From: Scenedesmus sp. PABB004
Taxonomy: Eukaryota
Direction of reading: 5' to 3'
Assembly (NCBI GenBank): GCA_014905635.1
Contig: JABVCE010000020.1
Location: forward strand, 372,001-436,000
DNA: 64,000 bases
Position 1 is the stretch's first letter; every line of letters begins with the position of its first letter. Both the position numbers and the translations under genes were made by a program. The notes below the pieces were generated by a model. The model was not told the origin of the DNA and did not search any database. It saw nothing but the letters and a program-made list of their open reading frames with translations. This document shows, piece after piece, positions 10,849 to 22,632 of the stretch.

Positions 10849-12484
10849 ATGCTCCTGCTCCTGCGCGGCGCCGCCCGGCCGCTGCCGCACCGCCGCCGCT
10901 GCCGCCGCGGCATGGCCGCCGCCGCCGCCGGCCCGGGGGCACGGCCGCGCGTGCTGGTGTCCAACGACGACGGCATCGGCGCCCCGGGCCTGCGCGCGCT
11001 CGTCGCGGCGCTGTCGAAAGCGGACGTCGCCGACGTGTTCGTCTGCGCGCCGAGCGGCGAGCGCTCGGCGACGAGCCACGCCATCACGCTGGGGCGCTAC
11101 CTCTCCTGCTACACCTCCGACGTCCCCGGCGCGGCCGCGGCGTTCGCGGTCGACGGCACGCCCGCCGACAGCGTGATGCTTGCGGTCAACAGCGACGTCT
11201 TCAGCGTGCGCGGCGGTTGACGGCGGCCGCGGCGACGGGGGCGGCAGCAGGGCTGGAGCAGCAGGGCGGGCGCGGGAGCGTGAAGAGCCAGCCAGCGGCG
11301 GGAGCCTGTCAGGCTGACCCGCGCGCTCACCCGCGGGCGCAGGGCGCTTCGTTCGACCTGGTCGCGAGCGGCATCAACCGCGGCGACAACTGCGGCCTCC
11401 ACGTCATCTACTCCGGCACCGTCGGCGCGGCGCGCGAGGCGCGGCCCGGCTGCGCCGCCGCGCCGCGGCGGCACGCCGCGCGGCCCGGCCACGGCTGTGC
11501 CCGTCCCCGGCGCTGCGCGCCGGCGCCGGCGCTGATGGCACGGCGCCGCCCGCCCCGGCCCCGCGCCGCCCGCTCTGTTTGCCCGTCGTCCCTGCGGCCA
11601 GGCGGCGTGCAAGGGCATCCCGGCGATCGCGCTGTCGCTCGCCGACCACGGGGCGAAGCGGGAGGAGGCGTATGCGGAGCCCGCGCGCCTGGCCGTGGCG
11701 CTCATCACGGCGCGGCGCGGCGCGGCGCGCCGCGCCGCGCCGCGCGACGCCGCGGCCGCCTCCCCGCCCCGCGCCCGGCCGGGCCGCCCCACGCCCGGCC
11801 GCGCCGCCCCGCCCGCGTCCCGCGCGCCCCGCGCGCCGCGCCCGCGCAGGCGATGCTCGCGCGCGTGTCGGCGGCCGAGGCGGCCCACGCGGCCGCGTTT
11901 GAGGCGGGGTGCGTCGTCAACGTCAACTTCCCGGCCGCGGGCGCGGGGCTCGCGGGTCTCGCGCTCACGCACCAGGGCGCCGGCTGCGTGTTTCCGGCTT
12001 TCAAGGAGATTCGTGAGGACATCGGCGAGCACCTGCCGGGTGCGTCCGCGCCGCGGGGCGCGCGGGCGCGCGGGCCGCCACCCACGCCGCGGCGCCGGCG
12101 CCGCCGCGGGGCGCGCAGAGATCGACGAGCACACGCCCAACCTGCGGGTGTTCCGGAACTACGCCGGCGAGCACCGCGGGTGCGCTGCTGCCGCGCCGCG
12201 CCGCGCCGCGCCGCGCGCGCGTGCGCCGGCGCCTCGGGCCGCGCCACACGCGCCGCGCTGCCCCCCTCCGTGCCCGCCGCAGCGACGACTCGGAGGGCTC
12301 GGACACACACGCCGTGTCTCGGGGCTGGGTGTCCGTTACGCCGCTCGCGCTGCGCCAGGACGTGCGACGCGACGCCGACGCGTGCCCGCTCGGGGTCGGC
12401 GCGCGCGACGCGGTGGCGGCCATCGTCGCGGCGGCGGCGGCCGCCGCGGCGCTGCCGGCACGGGGCGTGGGCGCGGCGGCCTGA
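10849..12484 (+). CDS. surE: SurE-family 5'/3'-nucleotidase (acid phosphatase), multi-exon
   Basis: RVLVSNDDGIGAPGLRALV, VCAPSGERSATSHAIT, VDGTPADSV, DLVASGINRGDNCGLHVIYSGTVGAAREA, VVNVNFP and GSDTHAVSRGWVSVTPL. An alternative ATG lies at 10912. Confidence 0.93.
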
Positions 12485-12755
12485 ACGGCGGGCGCGGGGC
12501 GTGCGTCGCGTGGCGTGAACCCTGGGCGGCACGCCGCGCCGCCCAGCCGCATGCGTTTCGCACAGCGCCGCGGGACACACTCAAACGCCCGCGCTGCCGC
12601 AGCGCCAGTGCGAACTCCTGCCCGCGGCGGCGACAGCGGCAGCAGCAGGGCCACACCACCTCAGCCGCGCGGACCTGCCGCTCGCGGGGCCGGGGCCGAT
12701 GTGTGGCGGCCGGTTCCGGCCGCGCGTCGCGGCCTAGCCGCTCGGAGCGGCGAGC

Positions 12756-15700
12756 ATGGCGCGAGCAGCGCCGGCAGGGCCGCTGCCAGCGGCGCTGCTG
12801 CTGCTTCTCCTGCTCGCGGGCCGGGGCGCCGGAGCGCCGTGCGGGCTGCTGGACGCCGACGGCTGCTGCGGCGCGGCGTGCGAGCTGGCGACGTGCGTGG
12901 CGTTGCGCGCGGTGGGCGAGGCGCTCGGCGCCGCGATCCCGCCCGGCGCCGCCGCCGCCGGCGACGGCGGCGAAAACGACGCCACGCCACCACCCTGGCG
13001 CAGCCGGCTTGGCTGGGCGGCGCTCTACGACGGCGGCGCCGGCGCCGGCGGCGCGGACGCTGCGTGCCGCGCCGCGCTCGCCGCCGCGGCGCGGGGCGGC
13101 GCGGCGCCGCCGTACTGCACCTGGCTGGGCGTGTCGTGCAACGCGACTGCGCACGCGGCGACGTGCGGCGCCGGCGGGCGCGCCGCGCACGGCGTGGAGG
13201 CGCTGGAGCTGGTCGACCTGCCCGTGTCGGGCTCGCTCAACAACCCGCGCCTGCTGCCGGCGGTCGACGCGCTGCAGCGCTGCTCGCTGACGCGCTTCGC
13301 GGTCGGCGGCGCGTCGTACGGCCTGACCGGCACGCTCGAGCCGGGCTGGGGCCGCCTCGACAAGCTGCGCACGTTTGCCATCTTTGGCACAAACCTCACC
13401 GGCTCGCTGCCGCCGGAGCTCGGCGGCATGGCCGCGCTCGAGGACATGGGGCTCGGCGGTGCGCGCGGCCGCCGCGCCCCGCCGCGCCCCGCCGCGCCCC
13501 GCGTGGCCCGGCTCCGCGCGCGCGGGGCGGCGCGCCGACCGCCGCGCCGCGCCGACCACCGCGCCGCGCCGCGCCGCAGCAAACTACATCTACGGCACGA
13601 TCCCTTCCAGTTTGGGGCGGCTCAAGAACCTGCGCAGCCTGAACCTGGCCAAGAACGGCTTCACCGATATCGGCCTCGGTGCGTGCGTGCCCGCGGTCGC
13701 GCCGCGCGGCGGCCGCGCGGCGGCGGTAGCCCCAGCGTCACGCCGCGCCGTGCCGCGCACCGCCGCCGCCGCCGCCGCGCACCGCCGCCGCCGCGCACCG
13801 CGTCGCAGAGCTCAACGGCTCCATACCGTTGAGCTTTGACCGTCTCACCAAGCTGGAGGTGCTCAGCCTCGAGAGCAACGCCTTCAGCGGGACGCTGCCC
13901 CCGCTGTGTGCAAGAAGCTGCCGCGGCTCAAGGTGCGGGCCGGCGGCGGCGGCGGCGGCGGCGCGCCGCGCGTGCACGACCGGCGCCGTGCGGCGCGGCG
14001 CGCCGAGGCCCTCGCTCCTCGTGCACGCTGCCGCCGCGCAGGCGGTCAGCCTGCGGCAGAACAAGTTTCGCGGCCCGGCGACGATGTTTGGCGACTGCGA
14101 GCTCGTCTCCCTCGACCTTGCGGTGCGGTGGCCCGGCACGGCCCCGCCCCGCCTCGGCGGCGCGGCCGCCTGGAGCGGCCCCGCAACGCCGCGCCGCGCC
14201 TGCGCCACGCCTGCGCTGAGCCGGCGGCGCGGCCCGCCCTAAACCGCACGCCCGCTCCTCACCCCTCCGCGCCCGCCCCTCCCCCGCCCGCCTTGCAGGA
14301 CAACCTGCTCACAGGCTCCTTGCCCGCGCCGGCGCTGGACAGCACGGCGTGGCGCAGCCTCGTGATGCTGCGGCTGTCGAACAACGACTTCACGGGCAAC
14401 CTGCCGGAGTTTGAGTACGGCCAGGTGCGGCCTGGCCGCCCGGCGCCCGGCCCGGCCCCGCCCCCCTGCGCCGGCGCGCACGGCGGCCGACCCGACGCGC
14501 CCGCCCGCCCGCCCGCGCGGCCGGCCGCCCGCGCGCGCGCGCGCGCCAGGCGCCCGTGCTGACGACCGTGCAGGCGGCGAACAACAGCCTGACCGGCAGC
14601 ATCCCGCCCAGCTGGACGAGCCTGCTGCCGTGGCTGGCGACGCTCGATCTAAGCTTCAACCAGCTCAGCGGCACGCTGCCGGCGGAGTTTGCGTTCCAGA
14701 GCCGCCTCACGGTCCTGTCGCTCAACGGGAACAACCGCATGCGCGGCTCCATCTCGCCCTGGTTCCGGCTCGCGAGCTCGCTGCAGTCCCTGACGCTGAG
14801 CGACACCAACGTGGCGGGCGCGCTGCCGGGCATGTCGCGCGCGGCGTGGGCGGCGTCGGACGTGCCGCCCGCGCGGCTGTGCGGCAGCGCCGCCGCCGGC
14901 CTCGCGCGGCTGCCCAACCTGCAGTCCGTGGGCATCGCGAGCAGCCAGATGGCCGCGGACTGCGACAACGACGCGCAGAAGTGCCGCACCGTCGACGACG
15001 TGCTGCCCTGGTGGGCACCACGGCGCGGCGCGCGGCGGCGGCGGTGGCAGCCCAGGGTTTAGGCCCGGCGCGCACGCGCCTGTGCGCGCGCTCACCGCCC
15101 GCGCGCACTCTCGCGCCGCAGGTATCTCCGCCCAGACATGCTGACGTGGCAGGTGCCGCTGCCGGACGACGGCGTGTCGCAGAACCAAAACATGGAGTGC
15201 CCGCGCCTGGTGCAGGACCAGGTGCGGGGGCGCGCCGCGCCGCGCCGCGCCGCGCCGTGCTTGCCCCCGCGGCGGCCGGCTCTCTCGCGCCGAGCTCCCG
15301 TCTCCTCCCCCCTGCCCGCGCTCGCAGTTTTGCCGGCAGAACCGCGCGCCCGAGAACTTCACGCGCGGCATGGCGCCCACGTGGACGGTCAGCCCCGCGT
15401 ACTACCACTACATCGGTGGGGCGCAGCGGTTTAGCGGCTGAAGGGCTGGGGTTTAGGGGCTGGGGCCCAGGCTGGAGGCGTTGCTTTTATTTGCGGGTTC
15501 AGGCACCCGCCATGCGCGGCACGGCCAGGCGGGCCCGCGGCCGGGCGTCCGCGCGACGCCAACGGCGCCGTGCCGCCGGCGCGTGCCGCCGCAGGCTGCC
15601 GCTGTTTCCGGGGCTTCCGGCCGGTCTATTCGACCGTGGCTGTGGGCAACATCAGCGTCAAGGCCATGCAGGCGCGCCCGCGCGGCGCGCACGCGCACGA

Positions 15701-18700
15701 CGGAGCGCGCCTCTGCGCCGCCGCCGCTCCACGCCCGCGCCTCGCGCCGCTGCCGAGCGGGTGCGCGCTGCCGAGCGCGTGCGCGCCGCCGCCGCCGCCG
15801 CCGCACCGCGGCGGCGCAGTGCGTTGAGGACGCGCAGCTGGACAAGGCGGCGGTCATGGCCATCAGCATGGCCGTGAGCGTCGCGGGCGTGCTGCTGGGC
15901 GCGTACGTCATCTACGTCTCCTGGTACGGCCGCTGGGGCCTGCCGCGACTCAAGCGGGTGCGGCGCGGCGCGCTCGCCGGCGCGCCGGGCGCGCTGGGGT
16001 TGCGGTCCAGGTGCCGCCGCGGCCGGGGCGCGTGGAGCGCGGCGGGCGCGAGCCCACGCACACGCCCACACGCCCACGTGCACGTGCACGGCCGCGCGCC
16101 GCGTTGCCAGGCGTACGACGACCTCAAGAAGCGCCGCGAGGGCGCGCCAAAGTCGGGGCGGCTCTCGGTCGTCATCACAGACATAGAGTCGTACTCAGGC
16201 GCGCCCGAGCGCGAGCGCGAGCGCGCGCGCATGCGCATGAGCGAGCTACCACGCCCGCGTGCTCCGCCGCGCGCGCCGCCCGCGCTCGCGCGCGCCTCGC
16301 GCGCCGCGCCGCGCGCGACCCGCGCGCCGCCGCGCACGCGCCGCGCCGCAGCGCTGATGGTGGCGATGCCGCTCGTGATGGGCCGCGCGCTGTCGGCGCA
16401 CAACAACGCGATGCGCAAGGCCGCGTGGACGCACTACGGCTTCGTGGTCGGCCAGGTGGGTGGGTGGGGCCTGGGTGGGCATCCAAATGGATGACCTAGG
16501 GGGCGTCCCGGAGCCGGGAGCCTACGTGCGGCGCGCAGGGCCTGCTCGCCGCCGCCGCCGCGGGCTGAGTGCGGGGCGCCGCCGGGCGCCGCCGCCGCGG
16601 CAGGAGGGCGACAGCTTCCTGCTGAGCTTCCGCGAGGCGGTCGACGCGGTGGCCTTCTGCCTGCAGGCGCGGCGCCGCGCCGCACACACGCCGCGCGCAC
16701 TGGCGCGGCGCGGCGCGCGCGGCGCGGCCGAGCCTGCCGCCGACTGCCATCGCGCGCGCGCGCGTGCCGTTCGTACCCCGGCCGCCGCAGGTGCAGCAGG
16801 CGCTGATGCGCGTGGAGTGGCCGCTGGAGCTGCTCGCGCACCAGCAGGCGCTGGACGCTGCGTCGGCGGGCCTCGGCCCGCCGCCGGGCGCCGAGGGGGC
16901 GGGTGTCTCGTCGTGGCTGGCCGACGCCTCGCCGGCGAGCGGCGACAGCAGCCTGGCGGGGCCCATGCGCTCGGGCCACTCGGGGCCGGGCTGCTCGCCG
17001 CCGCCGCGGGCCTGCGCGGCGGCGGCGGCGGCAGCGGCAAGCGCGCGCGCTCGATCACGAGCGCGCCGTCGCCCAGCGGCGGCTGGGCCGGCGCGGCGTC
17101 GGGCGACGAGAGCGCTCACAGCATCGCAGGCGGCGGCGGCGGCGGGCCCCGGGTGGGCAGCGCGACGTCGTCCACCTATCGTGAGCCCCCCGCGCCGCCG
17201 CCGCCGCGAGCGCGCCGCCTGCCGCGAGCGCGCCGCCTGCCGCGAGCGCGCCGCTCCCCGGGCCGGGCGCGCCGGCACCGCCGCGCAGCGGCGCTGCCGC
17301 GCGGCGGCGAGCCCGTGGTCGGCGCCGCGCGCTGCCCGCCCGGGGCCCACCGCGCCGCCCGCCCGCCTGCCCGCCCGCCCGCCCGCCCACGTCTGCCCCG
17401 CCGCAGTCTCCGTCAACCGGTTCGCGCCCTCCAGCAGCGAGGACGGCAGCGTTGGGCCGTGGTCGCCCTACATGGGATGGTCGCCGCACTCACGCGCGGC
17501 GCCGCCGCGCACGAGTGGCGGCAGCCCCACCGGCGGCAGCCCCAGCGCGGCGGCGGCGGCCGCCCGGCCGAGCGCGTGGCGGAGCAGCCTCGACGCGCCG
17601 CCGTCGCTCGGGCCGTCGCCGAGCGCGCTGGGGCTCGGCGCCGCGCCGCCGCCGCTGCCGCCGCCGCCGCCGCCGGCGGGCCCGGCGGCGGTGCCGGCGG
17701 TGACCGCGCTCGTCCCCGGCCTGCGCGTGCGCATGGGCGTGGCGACCGGCATGATGGCCGCCGACGAGAAGGACCCGCTGTCCAGCCGCGTGCTCGCGGC
17801 CGCCCGGGGTGCGGCGCGGCACGGGCGCCGCCCGGCTGGTTGCAGGGGCGCGGCAGGGCGCGCGCGCCCGGCGGCACTAAAAACGCCGCCGCCACCCGCG
17901 GCCGGCGCCGCCGCCGCTGTCGCAGTCGTGTCGGACGCGGGCTCGGGCGGGCAGGTGCTGCTCGACACCGCGACGTTTGCGGCGGTCAAGGACAGGCTGG
18001 AGGAGCTCGGCCAGGTGCGCCGGCCGGCCCGCGCACCGCGCTGACGAGCGGCGCCCGGTCGCGGCGGCCTGCCGGACGGCGCTGCCGGCAGGCTCGCCAC
18101 CGCGCCGGCGCGCGCGCGCGCGCCCCGCGCGCAGGTCGGTCCCAACGGCTACATGCGCTCGAACCGCGTGATCGGCTGGGGCACGCCGCGCGGCTGGCTC
18201 GCGCGCCTGGTCAGGTGCGCGCCGCGGGGGCTCGCGCGCGCGGCGCGCGGCGCGCGGCGCGGCGCTCCCGCGCGGCGCGGCGCCGACGCGGCTGCCGCCC
18301 CGCGACGTCCGCGCGCGCAGGCGGCACATCGACCTGGCGGCAGAGGCGGTGGTTCTGGACATGGGCTTGTACAGCGTGCCGGGCTTCACCGGCGCCTGCG
18401 CCGCCGACGCCGCGCGCGCGCTGCCAGACGTGCCGCCCGCACTGCCCGGCAGCGGCGAGGCGCCGCCGGGCGCGCCGGGCGACGCAGCGCTCGCGGCGGC
18501 AGAGGCGCTCCGGGCGCACGGCGGGCTGTCGCGGGTGTCGGAGGCCGCGCCGGCTGCGGCGGCGGCGGCCGCGGCGGCAGCTGCCACGGCGGCCGCCGCC
18601 GCCGCCGCGGCGGACGAGGCGGCGGCGGCCGCGTCCGCGGCGGCGGCGGCGCGCTGCGCCTGTACCAGGTGCTGCCGCCGCGGCTGCTGGACCGCGTGCA

Positions 18701-21700
18701 CCTGTACGGCACGCGCCTCGCGCTCAAGACCGGCGCGCGGTGCATGGACCTGCCCTATTTCGCAGCGCCCGCGACCGGCGGCCGCTCGCTGGTCGACCAG
18801 ATGCTGACAAGCAGCAGCTTCAGCTCGTCGCGCGCGCTCAGCCAGCGCGTCATGCTGCGGCGCCGCGCCGGCGGCAGCGCCGGCGGCAGCGCGCCGCCCG
18901 CGCCGGCGCCGCCGCCCGCGCCAGCGTCGTCGCCGGCGCGGGGCGGCGCGCCGCCGCTGGCCAACGGCGGCGGCGATGCGAGCGCGCGGCGCGCGGTCGG
19001 CGACCCGTCGGGGCGGTCCGGCGCGCTGTCGGACGCGCCGTCGCTGGCGCCCTCGCTCGCGCCGTCGCTCGTGCCGTCGCTCTTGCCGGCGTCGCCGCGG
19101 GAGGCGGAGAGCGAGCCGGACGACGACGCGGCGACCACGTTTGTGTTCTGCTCGGCGCTGCTGCCCAAGACGCGGTGCGGCGGCGGGCCTGCGTGCGGCG
19201 GCGCCTGCGGCGCGCGACCGGGCGCCGCTAGCCGGCCTTTTGCGCCTGCGGTCGGTTGCGATACAGATGGCCCCCGCCGCCGCCGCCGCCGCCGCCGCAG
19301 TCTCGCGGAGCCCGCGGCCGCGCAGGTCTCTGCGACCATGAGCCGCGTGATGCGGCAGTGCCTGCTCGCGCTGGCGGCCGCGCCAGCGGCGGGCAGCGCC
19401 GGCGGCAGCGGCGGCGACGACGCGCGCTCCGGCGCGGCGGCGGTCCGGGCGCCGGGGTACCTGTGCCGCGAGGTGCCGGGCGACCTGAAATATCTCCTGG
19501 TCTTCACCAGCCCCCGGGTGGGTGATGCGGGAGCAGAGCACGCCGCCGCAGCCGGCCCGCCGCCGACGGGCGGCGGCCGGGCGCTCAGGCGCGCTGGCAG
19601 CGCGGCGGGCGCAGCGGGCGCGCCGCGACCCTGCTTTGCGCGCCGCCGCGCCGCGCCGCAGCTCGCGCTCGAGTGGTGCCTGCTGGTGCAGGAGGCGCTG
19701 CTGTGGCAGGACTGGCCCGCCGCCGCGCTGTACACTGTGGAGGGGCCGGGCGAGCGCGGCGCGGGCGGGCGCGTGCTGTTCCGCGGCCCGCGCGTCAAGT
19801 GCGTCGGCCGCGCACGCGCGCCCTTGGGCCGCCGCTGCGCGGCGCCGCCGCCGGCCGCGCGCCCGCCGAGCGCCGCCCCTGCCGCCGCCGGCGCAGGATG
19901 GGCGTCGCCACGGGCGCGCCGCAGGCGGTGTGCCCCGACCACCTCGGACGCGCCGATTACCATGGCAACTCAATCAACTCCGCCGCGCGGTGCGCCTGGC
20001 GCTGAGGGCCTCGCTGCCGCGCGCGCGGCGCGGCGCCGCGCTGCCGCCGGGCCGCCGGCCCGCGCCCCGCCCGGCCCAGAGAGAGGGGCAGGCCACGTGA
20101 CGCCGCCGCGCGCCGCCCGCCCGCCGCGCGCAGGTACGAAGCCGTGTGCAGCCAGGGCGGGCAGGTGGTGTGCGACGCGGGCCTCGCGGCGGCCGTGGCG
20201 GCCGAGTGGGCGGAGCTCGCGGCGCGCGCGGAGCACGCGGCGGCGCCGCGCGCGCACGCGGGCGACGACATCAGCTTCTCTGCTGGCCCCGCGGTGGACC
20301 AGCAGCGCGCGCCCAGCCCCTTTGCCGCGGACGAGCAGCAAGCGGCGGCCCAGGCGGCGGCGGCGGAGCCGGTGGAGCTGCTGCTGTCGCCCAGCAGCAG
20401 CGCGAGCGGGCCGCTGGCGGAGCCGGGCCGGACGCCTCTCGAGGCGGCGCTCCCGGGCGCCGGCGCCGGCACAGGCGACGCCGCGGCGCTGCCGATCGCG
20501 GGCAGCACTCCGCGCCGGCGGGCGCGGTGCAGGCCGCGCTGGCCGAGGCGCCGTCACTGACCTTTGCCGTCGGCTCGGCGCCGGCGACCCCCCAGGGCCC
20601 GGCGCTGCGGTCGCCTTCGCGGGCTACCGCCCGAGCGGCGCGCGGCGCAGCGGCCTGTGGCCGCTGCACCACCACCACCACGGCGCCGGCAACGCGGGCG
20701 TCTCGCGGCGGCGCTCCGAGGCCGGCGCCGCGCAGGGCATCGAGCTGGCGGGCGGCCCCGGCGCGCCCATCAGCCGCGCGGCGTCGGCAGAGCCCGGCTT
20801 CTGGCGCAGCACCCACCGCGGCGGCGCTGGCGGCGTCGCCGGCTGCGAGGCGTCGGAGGCGTCGCTCGGCAGCCGCACCACGGCCCCGCCCGGCGTGCCG
20901 GGCCTCGGCGGGGGGCTCGGGTTTGGCTCGCGCCGCCCCTCGGCGGCCGGCAGCAAGCGCGGGCCGCGCCCTGCGAGCCGCTTTGCGCTGCCGCGCGGCG
21001 GGCCGGTCGTCGTGTCGGCGCCGACGCCGACCGAGCTGCCGTGCGCGCCGTGCGTATCGCCGCTGCCGGCCGAGGTGTTTGCAGTGGAGGTCCACCAGGC
21101 GCGCGCGCCGCCGCGCGGCCGCGCCGCGGGCAGCCGCCCGGGGCAGCTCCCCGCGCCGCGCCGCGCCGCGCCGCGCCGCCGGCGCCTGCCTGCGCGCACG
21201 CGCGCGCGAGCGGCCTCTTTGATGCCCGCCCCACCCGCCGCCCCGCGCTCCACCTCCGTCATCCTCAACTCACCTTGCCCCACACAGATCGGCCGATACC
21301 TGGTGAAGGGCCACTCGGGCCCCGTGGACATGGTGGAGGTGTGCCTGTCCCACCTCGCGGGGCGCCGCGCGCTGCTTGCCGAGGCGCCGCCGCGCTGCGC
21401 CAAGGGCGAGCTGCTGAGCGCGGCGTCGGGCTGCGTCGCGGCGCTGCCGCGCGTCGCGCTGCCGGGCGTCGCGGGCCGCTATCGCGCGCACCACGCGGCG
21501 GCCGCGGCGGCCACGGCGGCGCGCGTCGCGGCGGCCGCCGCCGCGAGCGCCGGCGGCGCTGGCGGCGCCGACGGCGGCGACGGCCCGGCCTCGCTGCGCC
21601 AGCGCTCGCTGCCCGTCGTGCGCATGCTGTCGCGCGGGCTGTCCACGCTCTCGACCGGCAGCGGCGGCGCGCCGCCGGCGGCGCGCAGCGGCGGCGGCAG

Positions 21701-21947
21701 CGGCGGCGCGGCGCGCGGCCCGGGGTCGAGCGGCAGCGGCCCCGGCAGCGGCCTGCGCGCCGGCAGCGCCGGCAGCGGCGCCGCGCCGGCGGCCCGCGCG
21801 CCGAGCTGGATGCGGACGTTCAGCCTGCGCAGCACCAGCAGCACGAGCAGCAGCCCGCGCGGCGGCGGCGGCGGTGGCGGCGTCCCGGCGCCGGGCCGGC
21901 ACGGCGGGCTGGGCGCGGTGCGTGACGTGCCTGAGGAGGGCGCCTGA
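12756..21947 (+). CDS. Receptor-like protein: signal peptide, LRRNT + plant-type LRRs, single TM helix, two class III adenylate/guanylate cyclase homology domains; about 20 introns
   Basis: Signal peptide ALLLLLLLAG. LRR region: YCTWLGVSC, NLTGSLPPELG, LESNAFSGTLP, LSFNQLSGTLP. TM helix AAVMAISMAVSVAGVLLGAYVIYV (about 15847-15920). Cyclase 1: SVVITDIESYS, QEGDSFLLSF, GLRVRMGVATG, GGQVLLD. Cyclase 2: TFVFCS, LFRGPRVKMGVATG, ADYHGNSINSAAR, GGQVVCD, GRYLVKG. The model needs frame corrections near 16983, 20500 and 20590. Confidence 0.82.
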
Positions 21948-22632
21948 CGCACAGAGGAGCGCGCGAGGGATGCGGGCGGCCAGGGGGGGGGGGGTCCCTC
22001 GGATGTCAGCGGGGGCGGCGCGCGCGCCGACCGTGCGGCGCGGGCGGCGGGGTGGCACTGCTGACGTTGCAGGGGCGCGGGCGCACGGCGGCTCGCCCGC
22101 GCTGCGCCGCTGGAACGGGCGGCGACGGCGGTCGCGCGGGCAAGCTGCCTCTGGCTCTGATGGTGGCGTTTCATGGTGTTGGGCATCGTCGCGGCTGCGG
22201 GCACTGCTATTTGCGCCGGCGCCGCGCGCGCCGCGTTGCGCCCGGTGAGGTGGTGGTGGTCTTCGATCGGCCGCGTTTCATTAGTGCCGCGCCTTGCGCT
22301 GCGCTGGGAGGGATGCTGCGGCCGCACACACAGGGGGCGCGGTCAACCATGTTGCTCTCCGGATTCTCACCCATTGCTGAAACTTCAGCCCCCCCCCCCC
22401 AGCTGGAACCGCTCCCCCGCCCTCGCGCTCACTCGCTCGCTCCGTCCAACAGCGACAGCGATCAGACCCCCCCCCCCCTCGCGCCTCACTCGCAGCACCG
22501 ATCCGCGGCCGCCGGCGCATGCGCGCGGGCGGCGCCGACAACGCCGGCGGCCGGCCGGCGCTGGCCTGCGTCAGCTGGCTGCTGACGCAGGCCGGCGCCG
22601 GCCGGCCCCCCGGCGGCTGCCGTGTCCCGCGC

